NCBI GenBank assembly: GCA_951406725.2
Contig: OX597814.1
Location: forward strand, 15,810,001 to 15,874,000
Direction: 5' to 3'
Length of the DNA: 64,000 nucleotides
DNA from: Octopus vulgaris
Taxonomy: Eukaryota
The translations under genes were made by a program, and so were the position numbers. The notes under the pieces were generated by a model. It had not been told where the DNA came from. It did not search any database and saw nothing but the letters and a program-made list of their open reading frames with translations. Shown here in pieces: positions 1 through 10,828 of this stretch; within the stretch, counting starts at the first letter, position 1; each line of letters opens with the position of its first letter.

Positions 1-129
1 ACATGATTCTGGGTTCATTCCCACTGCGTGACACTTTGGGCAAGCGTCTTCTACTATAGCCTCGGGCCGACCAAAGCCTTTTGAGTGGATTTGGTAGACG
101 GAAACTGAAAGAAGCCCGTTGTATATTTT

Positions 130-173
<44 letters not shown>

Positions 174-370
174 TGCGTCGGTGTTTGTACCCCAAACATC
201 TCTTGAAACCGATGCTGGTGTGTTTAGTCCCCGTAACTTAGCGGTTTGGCAAAAGAGACCAATAGAATAAGCACTAGGCTTACAAAGAATAAATTCTGGG
301 GTCGCTTTGCTCGACTAAAGGCGGTGCTCTGGCATGGCCGCAGTCAAATGACTGAAAAGAGTAAAGAGTA
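1..370 (+). mobile_element. tRNA-derived SINE family A (CORE-like centre, internal microsatellite), head cut by window edge
   Basis: B-box-like GGTTCATTCCC, CACTTTGGGCAAG core-like box, internal (TG)n, tail ...CAGTCAAATGACTGAAAAGAGTAAAGAG; same layout as the other copies in the window. Confidence 0.85.
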
Positions 371-732
371 TATCAGCAAGAAGGAAGAGAAAAATGATGC
401 TGGCATCCAATATACTGTTAATGAACAATGTATAAATGGTGGAAAACTCTGAGAAAGCACCTCCAGTCTCTTACAGATCCTCAGAGTATTACTAAGATAA
501 ACATCCATAAGGATGTACTTACCTTTGTACTTATGCTCATGATAATTGAAGTCACCATTTCAAAACGCTTTAACAGTGGTTTCGAAATAGCATTCTGGAA
601 TTCCACCTGCAAAAAGAAATTAGAAATTTATACATGTATCATACGCTTTTATTCATTCATTGGATTGTGGCCATCCTAGGCACTGCTTTCAGGGGGTTAA
701 TCTGAGCAGAATCTGAACTCAGAACATAAAGA

Positions 733-1085
733 CATCATCATCATTTAATATCCATTTTCCATGGGTAAGAAAGTTTGACTGGAACTGGTAAACTGGAGAG
801 CTGCACCAGGCTCCCGTCTGTTTTGGCTTGGTTTCTATGCCAACCACTCCACAGGTACCTTTAACATGTTACCAGCATGAGATAGAAACAAATATTGGCA
901 CCCGTGCCAGTGGAGTGCTAAGAGCACCATCCGAGCATGATTGCTACCAGAGCAGCTAACTGGCTTCTGTGCTGGTGGCACGTAAAAAGCACCATTCAAA
1001 CATGATCGTTACCAGCGTCACCTTACTGGCATTTGAGCTGGTGGCATATGGCCAGATGCCTTTCTTGCTACCAACCACCTTACTG
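733..1085 (-). mobile_element. SINE/LINE-tail family F relic (GGTGGCACGTAAAAAGCACC motif)
   Basis: (CAT)n tail at 733 and motifs shared with 1273-1600 and 2145-2453. Confidence 0.6.
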
Positions 1086-1243
1086 AGTGAACATTGTGTC
1101 ATTGTACCAACACTAAAAAGGTACAACAGTCTGCAGAGAGAGGGACCTAACAGTTTGACACTTTATTTCCTCATTTTTCACAAAATTTCATAAGCACATA
1201 TTATTGGAGCATAAGTGAACACAGCATTTAAAGCATCAGTATA

Positions 1244-1752
1244 CAGTTGTGGTCAAAAGTTTGAAATATTATCATTATTGCTAGCATGGTTGGATGATTT
1301 GACTGAGGTCTGGCAAACCAGATGGCTGCACCAGACTCCAATCTGATCTGGCAGAGTTTCTATAGCTGGATGTCCTTCCTAGCGCCAACCACTTCGAGAG
1401 TGTAGTGGGTGCTTTTATGTGCCACCAACACAAAGGGCCAGTCAGGCGGTACTGGCAACAGCCATGCTCAAGTGGTGTTTTTTACATGCCACCTGCACAG
1501 GAGCCAGTCCAGCAGCACTGGCAACGACCTCACTCGAATGTTTTTTCATGTGCCAGGTAACGGTAATGCTTGTATGGTACTCTTAATGCTCCACTAGCAT
1601 GGATGTCAGTCATCAGGTCTGAAAATTAGAAATTTTACATCAAATGCCCAGTTATATTCATTTTGCAATATACTATTACCACTTACAGTAATATGGTGGA
1701 TATAACAATTTTAATTTAATAAATGAATGTTCCAAACTTTTGGTCATGACTA
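1244..1752. mobile_element. Degenerate Tc1-like MITE with a nested family F element (about 1273-1600)
   Basis: Left TA|CAGTTGTGGTCAAAAGTTTGAAA versus right reverse complement TAGTCATGACCAAAAGTTTGGAA (17/23 match by eye). Confidence 0.5.
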
Positions 1753-1769
1753 TGTGTGACAGAGAGAAG

Positions 1770-2453
1770 TCAGTGCTGGCAAGGATACATGATGTGAATG
1801 GATCTCGAGTAAAGAGTAATGAGATGCCATCTACTGACAAAAGAATGCAGTGACGGAGGAAGATGTAGGATGAAATGGTGAAGGGTAGATCTTAGGAATC
1901 CGGGGTCTCACAAATGAGATGGTTTTCAAGCAAAATGAATAGCAATATGCTGTGTTAGATCTGTACAATCCATGCCAGCACAGATCTGGCCTCACAGAAG
2001 AAATCATGAAGACGGAGATCTCTGGAGATATGCTGTGACTCTGAAGACCTGACAAATGAAGTGAGTTCGTGGCTCACATGATGGCCTGCTGTGCCAACCT
2101 TGGATCGTAGAGTGACCCGCTGTTCTTGAGGAGACCTACTGAGCCAAATACGTCAACACCAACATCAAAATAAAAATCAAATGGAAATTGTAGTTAAGAT
2201 ACCTGTGCCAGTGACACGTGAAAGCACCAACCCATCGTGGCCGTTAGCCAGCCTCCTCTGGCCCCTGTGCCGGTGGCACGTAAAAAGCATCCACTACACT
2301 CATAGAGTGGTTAGCGTTAGGAAGAGCATCCAGCTGTAGAAACACTGCCAGATCAGACTGGAGCCTGGTGCAGCCTCCTGGCTTCCCAGACCCCGGTCAA
2401 ACTGTCCAACCCATGCTAGCATGGAAAAACGGACGTTAAACTATGATGACGAT
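1770..2453 (+). mobile_element. RTE-LINE 3'-end relics followed by a family F element
   Basis: Broken DEMVK-DLRNPGL and EE-M-D-DLWRYAV-like coding remnants, then GTTAGCGTTAGGAAGAGCATCCAGCTGTAGAAA and an (ATG)n-like tail. Confidence 0.5.
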
Positions 2454-2872
2454 ATACTGATACTGTTGATTCAGCAGAAAAATTGAATACTGGGAACTTG
2501 ATGCCAAAAGAAGAGGGTACAATGCAATAGAAGGGGAATAACAGTGCTTTGACAATAAAGTTGTTATTGGTCAGTCATGACTGAGATGATCTAGTTTTGA
2601 CCAGCTTGTTTATATATTTATCTACTTTTTAAGGCACACTGTATGTAGAACTACATCACTAACTGTAATCAGTGTTTTTTTTTAACAGCATGGAAGGATT
2701 TGATAGAACTTTGGCTGTTATTTCTAGCAGATTGAGCAGAGAGTTACAAAATTGATGTTCCAACACCGCATGGAAAAATAATAAGCTCAGCGAAGGGGTC
2801 GTGTGGGGGGAACAAATAACGTAAAAAGAAAACTTAAAATATTTTAGGGAAAATAGCAGATGTAAAGAATGT

Positions 2873-3293
2873 GGACCCTTTCGTTATTTTTTTCTTTCTT
2901 TTTTTTTTATAGAATCCCCCATTTTCGAGTGCAGAGATTCTTTTTCTACAAAAAAAAACCACCAAAAAACTAAATAATAATGATAAAAAAATAAAGGCAT
3001 TTCAAAATTTTAATTTCCCACCCCCACTAATTCTTCAATTTTCACTTTTGTAGAATTTTTTTTTTTTTACAATCATTATCTCCACATTTTCATACATATT
3101 TCGCAAAAAAAAAAAAGAAAAACTTCTGAAAAAAGTGAAAATTGAAAAATTTGCGAGGGGGTAGGGGGGGGGGAATTAAAATTTTGAAAATGCCGTTTTT
3201 CTTGCAGAATCACAATCTCCGTACTCGAAAATAGGGGGGTAGGGGTCTGTAATAAAAGAAAAAGAAAATAAAATAAAATAAAGGAGGTGAGGT
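2873..3293. mobile_element. Foldback (long inverted repeat) MITE
   Basis: GGCATTTCAAAATTTTAATTTCCC (2996) pairs with GGGAATTAAAATTTTGAAAATGCC (3171); CAATTTTCACTTTT pairs with AAAAGTGAAAATTG; outer CCCCCATTTTCGAGT pairs with ACTCGAAAATAGGGGG. Confidence 0.7.
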
Positions 3294-3564
3294 CTTCAGA
3301 AGTTTAAAGGCCATTTCAAGAAACAAGAAAGTCTTAAGAAAATGAAAGGAAGAACATATTCCAAGACACGTTGATTGAAATATCTCGAAACTTCCAAGTT
3401 GGTAACATTACAAGCGGAAGGTAAACATTAAATCGTAAAACACCTGCGTTCAGCTCTCACATATGGGTATTCTTTAAGCCCCGGTCAGAAAGAATATGGT
3501 CTCTTTCATTACTCAGTGATTAGTAAAAGAGAACAAATATCTGTTCTGCAGACAAGGTTGGCAG

Positions 3565-3845
3565 GGTACTTACTACTTAAGAAGAGTGGTCCCAGTGCGC
3601 GCACTCGCGCTGGCTAGTCGTGACTAGTCGATCCTTACCTTTGTTTTTGTTTTATTTACTTTGTTTAAAAAAATTACTTACTTTGTGTTTCTGTGTTTTA
3701 TTTATATTGTTTTCAAAAAAATAATTTATTTTGTGTTTTATTTACTTTGCTAGGTAGTCGTTTTAGGATCAACTAGTCACGACTAGCTAGCGCGGATGCG
3801 CTAGTACGCGAGTGCGCGCACCGGGACCATGAGTCGTAGTCGTTA
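3565..3845. mobile_element. MITE with GC-rich TIRs, same family as 4761-6718
   Basis: TGGTCCCAGTGCGCGCACTCGCG...TAGTCGATCC inverted against GGATCAACTAG...CGCGAGTGCGCGCACCGGGACCA around an AT-rich TTATTTACTTTG interior. Confidence 0.75.
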
Positions 3846-4767
3846 TATTTATGTCCAAATTTATTATGTCATTAAATAAGTTTGTGCATTTGGTATTCAT
3901 CTGTGATAGAGAATAGGGCCTGGCAGCACCCTTCCATAGAAAATACTTTCAACAATCCAGTATCTCATATTTTAAAATAAATTTGAAGATTATCAAATAT
4001 ATATTTGGTGTGAGTGGAGCGATCATTTGTAAGTTTATCTAAAACCATAAAGGCTGTTAAATGTCCTTAAATAAAGAAATGGTGAAGGGTAGATCTTAGG
4101 AATCCGGGGTCTCACAAATGAGATGGTTTTCAAGCAAAATGAATAGCAATATGCTGTTAGACCTGTACAATCCATGCCGGCACAATAAAGGCTGTTAAAT
4201 GTCCTTAAATAATATCATTGACTTGTGTAATTATTATTTTATCAGAATAATAAAATGGGAGTTTATGACAAAGAGATTCATATGTAGACTGTTAGACAAG
4301 GTGTAATAATAGATTGGATGCAAAAGTTCAATTGGTAAGAGCCATGCCTTCCTTCCTTGGTCGTATATTTACATAATATCGCATAAACGGCAGGGAAGTA
4401 ATCAAAATAAAACATGGTAAAAGTAATAGAAAAGTGAAAAATATAAACATCAATGTATGTAAATATGGTGAGTTATATGTAGAGTTTAAAATATTTATAG
4501 TTTAAAAGAGAAAAAAATAATTAATTTCAACACAAACCAGAATAGACAACGAACCGCCCGTCATAGCCGCCATTTTCAACTTTTGAATTACGCTTATCTC
4601 ACTTACAAGAGAGTTCTTTTACAAAATACTCGAAACGTTTTAAGGGAAATAACTCACATTTCTAAGAGTTGCCTCCCTTACAAAAAAATTAAGCTTATAT
4701 GTTCCACATGGTAATTTGGGAATGCTTATGAGATAATACATGTTCCGAGAAGCATTATTCGGTATCA

Positions 4768-5155
4768 GTGGAGGCGCAATGGCCCAGTGGTTAGGGCAGC
4801 GGACTCGCGGTCATAGGATCACGGTTTCGATTCCAAGACCGGGCGTTGCGAGTGTTTACTGAGCGAAAACACCTAAAAGCTCCACGAGGCTCCGGCAGGG
4901 GATGGTGGTGATCCCTGCTGTACTCTTTCACCACAACTTTCTCTCACTCTTTCTTCCTGTTTCTGTTGTACCTGTATTTCAAGGGGCCGGCCTTGTCACT
5001 CTCTGTATCACGCTGAATATCCCCGAGAACTACGTTATGGGTGCACGTGTCTGTTGAGTGCTCAGCCACTTACACGTTAATTTCACGAGCAGGCTGTTCC
5101 GTTGATTCGGATCAACCGGAACCCTCATCGTCGTAACCGACGGAGTGCTTCCAAG
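4768..5155 (+). mobile_element. tRNA-derived SINE family C, full length, inserted 7 bp inside the left TIR
   Basis: A-box TGGCCCAGTGG, B-box GTTTCGATTCC, tail CGTCGTAACCGACGGAGTGCTTCCA; 11-bp TSD ATTCGGTAT(C/T)A at 4757 and 5156. Confidence 0.9.
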
Positions 5156-5525
5156 ATTCGGTATTACTAGTGAACAGCGACCCCGGTGCGCGCGCTAGCG
5201 CATCCGCGCTAGCTAGTCGCAAGTAGTCGATCCTACGACGACTTGCGCGTATGCTAATGAATAGATTCGCGCATACATGTTTGTATTTCAAGGCTGAATA
5301 CATATCAAAGAAAATGGGTTTTTTTCTATTTTTCGAACAAAGTAAATAAAACGCAAAGTAAATAATTTTATAAAAAAACTTTTTTAACCTTAACCCTAAC
5401 CCTAATCCTAATCCTAACCTTAGTTTGTTTATAAAAAATGATTTATTTACTTAGTTTAAAACATTATTTACTTTGCGTGTTATTTACTTTGTTCGAAAAA
5501 TATCTAAACCCTAACCCTAACCTTA

Positions 5526-5742
5526 GTTTTACTCTTTTACTCTTTTGTTTCAGTCATTTTGACTGCGGCCATGCTGGAGCACCGCCTTTAGTCGAGCAAA
5601 TCGACCACAGGACTTATTCTTTGTAAGCCTAGTACTTAATCTATCGGTCTCTTTAGCTGAACCGCTAAGTTGCGGGGACGTAAACACACCACCATCGGTT
5701 GTCAAGCGATGTTGGGGGGGGGACAAACACAGACATACACAA

Positions 5743-5810
<68 letters not shown>

Positions 5811-5981
5811 GCATATATACGACGGGCTTCTTTCAGTTTCCGTCTACCAAATCCACTCACAAGGCATTGGTCGGCCCGAGGCTATAGTAGAAGACACTTG
5901 CCCAAGGTGCCACGCAGTGGGACTGAACCCGGAACCATGTGGTTGGTAAGCAAGCTACTTACCACACAGCCACTCCTGCGC
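5526..5981 (-). mobile_element. SINE family A, copy 1 of a tandem duplication
   Basis: Full head-to-tail homology with the other family A copies; internal (CA)n(TA)n. Confidence 0.9.
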
Positions 5982-6076
5982 CTATGTTTGCTTATAAAAA
6001 TAATTTATTTACTTAGTTTAAAACATTATTTACTTTGCGTGTTATTTACTTTGTTCGAAAAATATCTAAACCTTAG

Positions 6077-6283
6077 TTTTACTCTTTTACTCTTTTGTTT
6101 CAGTCATTTTGACTGCGGCCATGCTGGAGCACCGCCTTTAGTCGAGCAAATCGACCCCAGGACTTATTCTTTGTAAGCCTAGTACTTAATCTATCGGTCT
6201 CTTTAGCTGAACCGCTAAGTTGCGGGGACGTAAACACACCACCATCGGTTGTCAAGCGATGTTGGGGGGGGGACAAACACAGA

Positions 6284-6364
<81 letters not shown>

Positions 6365-6534
6365 GCATATATACGACGGGCTTCTTTCAGTTTCCGTCTA
6401 CCAAATCCACTCACAAGGCATTGGTCGGCCCGAGGCTATAGTAGAAGACACTTGCCCAAGGTGCCACGCAGTGGGACTGAACCCGGAACCATGTGGTTGG
6501 TAAGCAAGCTACTTACCACACAGCCACTCCTGCG
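6077..6534 (-). mobile_element. SINE family A, copy 2 of a tandem duplication
   Basis: Shares private variants with 5526-5981 (TTAGCTGAACC, AAGTTGCGGG, ACCACCATCGG). Confidence 0.9.
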
Positions 6535-6981
6535 TCTATGTTTGCTTATAAAAATTATTTACTTAGTTTAAAACATTATTTACTTTGCGTGTTATTTACT
6601 TTGTTCGAAAAATGTTTAATTCGTTGATCCTACAAGTCGTTGTAGGATCGACTACTTGCGACTAGCTAGCGCGGATGCGCGAGTGCGCGCATCGGGACCA
6701 CAGTTCGCTAGTAGTACCCATTATTCTAGTCACACATTACTCTAGTCACACACTTCTGTCTTAGATTATACAGACCTAGTTGCTTTATTGTGTTTTGGGA
6801 GAATCATTGCGCCGTTAATAATAGAACACGTACAGGTTCAATTCCACTTCTTTATTAGCAAGGTAATGGCCGAGCCTGTTGCAGTGGAGGCCGGCCACCG
6901 GCGTTCTTCACCCCCGGAACATATCCCTGCTCACCGCTTTCAGGGTGGAGACAGCTGTCCGAAAGTGGGAGCCCCATGTAT

Positions 6982-7200
6982 TATAGTGACTATTCCAGCG
7001 TATCTACCCCGGCGTCGTCCGGGGTGGCGTCTTTAAAATTTGTCTGCTGGTACCATCAGTCAGTTTGAACTACAAGAAGCTGTACGCTACACTCCTTAAT
7101 ATAATTAAGTCTAAATTCAAAATTTAAATTTTTGGTACAAATGTGTGCGCATGCGTGGACGAATGTTCCACAAGGGCGTCTAGAACCCGGTGTCACTACA
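6982..7200. mobile_element. Possible solo LTR or short-TIR element
   Basis: Ends TATAGTGAC...GTCACTACA (TG...CA-type inverted 9-mer, one mismatch); flanks TGTAT and TGTGT could be an imperfect 5-bp TSD. Confidence 0.35.
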
Positions 7201-7209
7201 TGTGTATAC

Positions 7210-7616
7210 TCTCTTTACTCTTTTACTTGTTTCAGTCATTTGACTGCGGCCATGCTGGAGCACCGCCCTTAGTCGAGCGAATCGACCCCGGGACTTATTC
7301 TTTGTAAGCCCAGTACTTATTCTATCGGACTCTTTTGCCGAACCGCTAAGTGACGGGGACGTAAACACACCAGCATCGGTTGTCAAGCAATGCTAGGGGG
7401 ACAAACACAGACACACAAACATATACACACACACTTATATATATATACATATATACGACGGGCTTCTTTCAGTTTCCGTCTACCAAATCCACACACAAGG
7501 CATTGGTCGGACCGGGGCTATAGCAGGAGACACTTGCCCAAGATGCCACGCAGTGGGACTGAACCCGGAACCATGTGGTTGGTTAGCAAGCTACTTACCA
7601 CAAAGCCACTCCTGCG
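7210..7616 (-). mobile_element. SINE family A, full length
   Basis: Near-identical to the 35413 and 60899 copies. Confidence 0.9.
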
Positions 7617-7619
7617 TAT

Positions 7620-8105
7620 AGTTGTATAATAATAAGGAAATTATTGTATACAGTGCTCGGGTATACCACAACTTGTCAATAGTGCGTATAAAGCATATGC
7701 AATAATGTATAAATGTCTGGAAAGCGAACAGTGTATGAGTCAGATACATGCTTGCGTGTGTATGGAGGGGAGAAATCAAGTGTAGTGTTGACGAATCTCA
7801 GGAAGCATGGAAGTTTTGAAGGATGCAGTGCTCCGACAACTAACAACTGATGTCGGCAGTTTGTTCCATACTTCAGCAACTCTTAGCGTGAAAAAACGTT
7901 TCTGAAAGTCTTGGGAGCTGTGCTGTTTTCTGACTTTGTAAACATGCCTATGGGTGTTAGACAGGTGGAGTTTGAAAAGGTGCTCAGGGTTATTGTTAGT
8001 AAGATGGTTAATAATGTTATGGGTGTCTGCCAAGTCAGCTGCCAGACGTCGGAGTTTCAATGTATCCATGCCCAGGGAAGTAAGGCGTTCAGAATATGGC
8101 AAATG
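7620..8105 (-). mobile_element. CR1/L2-group LINE, 5'-truncated 3' end
   Basis: ORF 7776-8102: YSERL..LG..TL..RRL..DL...FFTLRVAEVWNKLP..VV....ASFK, the typical CR1 ORF2 C-terminus. Confidence 0.85.
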
Positions 8106-8539
8106 CCTGATGGATGAATATTTGTATACATATGTATGTATCCGTCAATTGGTTAGAAATCGAATTAACTAAATAATCGTGTTGTAACGGGATGTTTAAG
8201 CAATCAGTCGGTTGTTTGTTCGTCTGTCAAAGTTCTTTCGTTGTTATTCGCAACCTTTTCAGTGACCTGTGGCTCCCAACTCGATCCAACATCTGCTTTC
8301 GTTTGTTTTTGAAACTGAATCGATGCCTGTGTTATTATCATTGGTGTAACGATTTTGTCTTGGGAGTTCACATCAAGAATCTGCAAATCAAATACAGAAA
8401 AGAAATAAAACCTAGATATACTATATGTGTTTGTGTGTGTGTGTGTGTGTGTGTAGAAGGATGAAAAGGAGCACATGAGTTGATATATATATGGAAAAAA
8501 AGTCAAGATAGAAAATACTAAAATAATTTTATAAAAATC

Positions 8540-8583
8540 ATTTCAGTACCGGTTTTAGTCATTGAGACTTTTTCAACTGTAAC
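8540..8583 (-). ncRNA. Minimal hammerhead ribozyme-like motif, U3-A8 core with G12A
   Basis: Minus strand: cag TTGAAAA agtc-tcaat-gact AAAAC cg GTA ctg; stems I and II pair; palindromic stem III ACCGGT. Confidence 0.6.
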
Positions 8584-8787
8584 AGTTAAATAATTAAATT
8601 TAGAAAGATTAAAAGAAAAGATTTTTTAAAAGAATATTTGTATAGTTTTCAAATACAAGTGGCATTTTCCTTGTGTCTGCCTATATAAATATATAAAGAA
8701 AAAATAAACAGTGTGATATGATTATTGTTAGAAAGTCTTTGGTCATAGCAATGCTGGTTATGAGTTGACCTAGGGGTCCAAAAGTAA

Positions 8788-8843
8788 TAACTAATTAACT
8801 GATGTTCCAACGGCAAACATGAAAGCCGCTACATAATTGGTTA
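8788..8843 (+). ncRNA. Decayed hammerhead (core apparently lost about 4 nt)
   Basis: taactaatta..CTG atgtt-ccaacggca-aacat GAAA g-ccg-c TA cataattggtta; long stem I complementarity; core reconstructable as CTGATGA with ATGA deleted. Confidence 0.45.
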
Positions 8844-8954
8844 ACTTCCTAAAGATTATGGTAAAATTTTGGGAAGATTTGACTATAATTTCCAGGAAAT
8901 CAATTATGTAGCAACTAATCAAATAACACTGTTTAATTTTTGTTTAGTCTTTTA

Positions 8955-9329
8955 TCTCTCTATATATAAAACTGAGAATGTGTGTCTGTCTGTCTGTCTG
9001 TGTGTGTGGTTTCCTAAGACTTGAGAACTACACAAACAATTTCATTCAAATTTTCACATGCCTTACTTAAGGTCTGGGGAGTGTCATGGGCAAAAAAAAT
9101 TTTAACTTTTTCCCTAGGGCGACCCCACAGCATTATCATATCTTCTTCACTATTTCAGTATTACGTGTTAAAAGTGAAACAAAAACATCTTTCTATTGTA
9201 ATGCAGACATTCACTTTAATACTGAAACTATTAAAGTGAAAGTATTATATAACAGGGATGAAACATTAACAGTGGTCATCCATTTTGCTAGAAGAAGACC
9301 CGCTATGGTCTTATATGCTACACTACTGG
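8955..9329 (+). mobile_element. Non-autonomous Helitron
   Basis: A|TC 5' start, (TGTC)n near the 5' end, 3' hairpin AGACC-cgctat-GGTCT followed by CTGG|T. Confidence 0.6.
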
Positions 9330-9799
9330 TTTTCAATTCATATTAATCAAATTAATATTCAGTTTTTCACTCTTATTGTGTGTGTGTGTGTGTGTGTGTG
9401 TATTAGCAATTCGTATAAAATTGACATCAATGACATGAACAAGTGGTTTCACATAAATGGGAATAAATAAAAAAGGTTTGTTGTTATTATTATTACTGTT
9501 TGACTATTGTAATCACATTTGTAGATGTATTTCTATAGATATACATGTATATGTAAACATGTATGTCTAGATGTATATATAGATGTACATGTAATATGTA
9601 CACATATATATATATACACATATATATATACACATATATACATGCATACATATATACACCCATACACACATGCAGATACACCCACCCACCCACCCACACA
9701 CACAAACACACACACAGGAGCAAGTGTGGCTGTGTTGTGACAAACTTGGTTCCAAAAACACTTGGTCCTCAGTTCAGTCCCACTGGCATGTGTCTTCTG

Positions 9800-10050
9800 C
9801 TATAGCGTCATACCAGCCAGAGCTCGCTCTAGGCGACGTCGGATCGACCGCCCACAGCTACCAGCCCACAGTCGACAAGGAGAAATGAAAGTGTCACCTC
9901 TGGAGTTCGCAAATGACCAATATACAGATACGTATAGTGGAGGCAAAGACGCTACCAGCCCACAGTCGACGCTATGGCGACCAGAGCTCGCTCTGGCCGC
10001 CATTGGGGCGACTGTACACAGCTACCAGCCCACAGTCGACGCTATGGCAT
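9800..10050. repeat. GC-rich mosaic of repeated 14-20 nt motifs interleaved with a LINE 5'-like segment
   Basis: GCTACCAGCCCACAGTCGAC at 9857, 9951 and 10021; CCAGAGCTCGCTCT at 9817 and 9981. Confidence 0.75.
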
Positions 10051-10052
10051 TA

Positions 10053-10101
10053 GGGGTTGGGTTGGGTTGGGTTGGGTTGGGTTGGGTTAGGTTGGGTTGG
10101 G
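10053..10101 (+). repeat. (GGGTT)n telomere-like array, G-quadruplex-capable
   Basis: Nine runs of at least 3 G separated by TT, with one AGG variant unit. Confidence 0.85.
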
Positions 10102-10828
10102 AGAATTTCCATTATATATTGAGAACTATATCGCGAAGGCAGCATAAAAAAACAACCCTTCCTCAATTGTTGGCAGATTTACCTACTCCACATTGCGAGC
10201 ACTGCAACAAGATGCGTCTTCGTCAAAGGAATTGCTCCCCCAAAGCAAAATTAAATAAAATTTGAGATACGTGGAACGTCAAAGCTGCTAACAAAAACAG
10301 GACAGTGAAAACATTCGGTAAGGACTGTTTAACCCTAACGAGGAGAAGTGGTGAATGCTGGAGAGAAAAAGCTTTGTCGAGAGACAGACAAGAATGCGTG
10401 TTATATTTATAAACTGAACGAGAAGAAAAAGAATTACATTTAGAAATAGAGATCTATAATTATTGAGGACAGAATTTGAGTTAGAAATAGGGAACTATAA
10501 ATATTTTATTATGCATAAAGTGGTGGCTTACATTCGGGGCTTCCAATTTCTCTGTAAAATATAAGATAGTCGCAAAATCATTGCACATGTCCCCATCGAT
10601 TACAAACACCGGTGGAAGATAAAAGTTCCAGAGGACATTCTTGTTCTTTCGTTTGTACAAGGATCGCATTATGTTTCGGCTTAAATTAAATTATAGATAC
10701 AAATATAATGTATAGAAATATATAAAAACCAGAATAGAAAATAAACGTCTTAGGTATATAAAATGAGATAACATGAGATATCAAGGTGTTATAAACTTGA
10801 AACCTACTAGAATATCATAGATTTTATA

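Larger units (their letters stand above)
4761..6718. mobile_element. Non-autonomous DNA transposon, Merlin-like (GG termini, 8-bp TSD), with nested SINEs
   Basis: About 87-bp TIRs starting GGTA(C/T)TACTAG; identical 8-bp CATTATTC at 4753-4760 and 6719-6726; internal AACCCTAACCCT repeats. The superfamily call is inferred from TSD length and termini. Confidence 0.7.

Noticed and set aside
4768-4845. tRNA-like sequences at SINE heads
   Set aside because: They have A/B boxes but no complete cloverleaf, and each continues into a SINE body with TSDs; they are not tRNA genes.
5385-5525. CCCTAA repeats (also 20590-20660) as interstitial telomere or chromosome-fusion marks
   Set aside because: They are short and degenerate; the 5385-5525 set lies inside a TIR element and is better explained as transposon-internal repeats.
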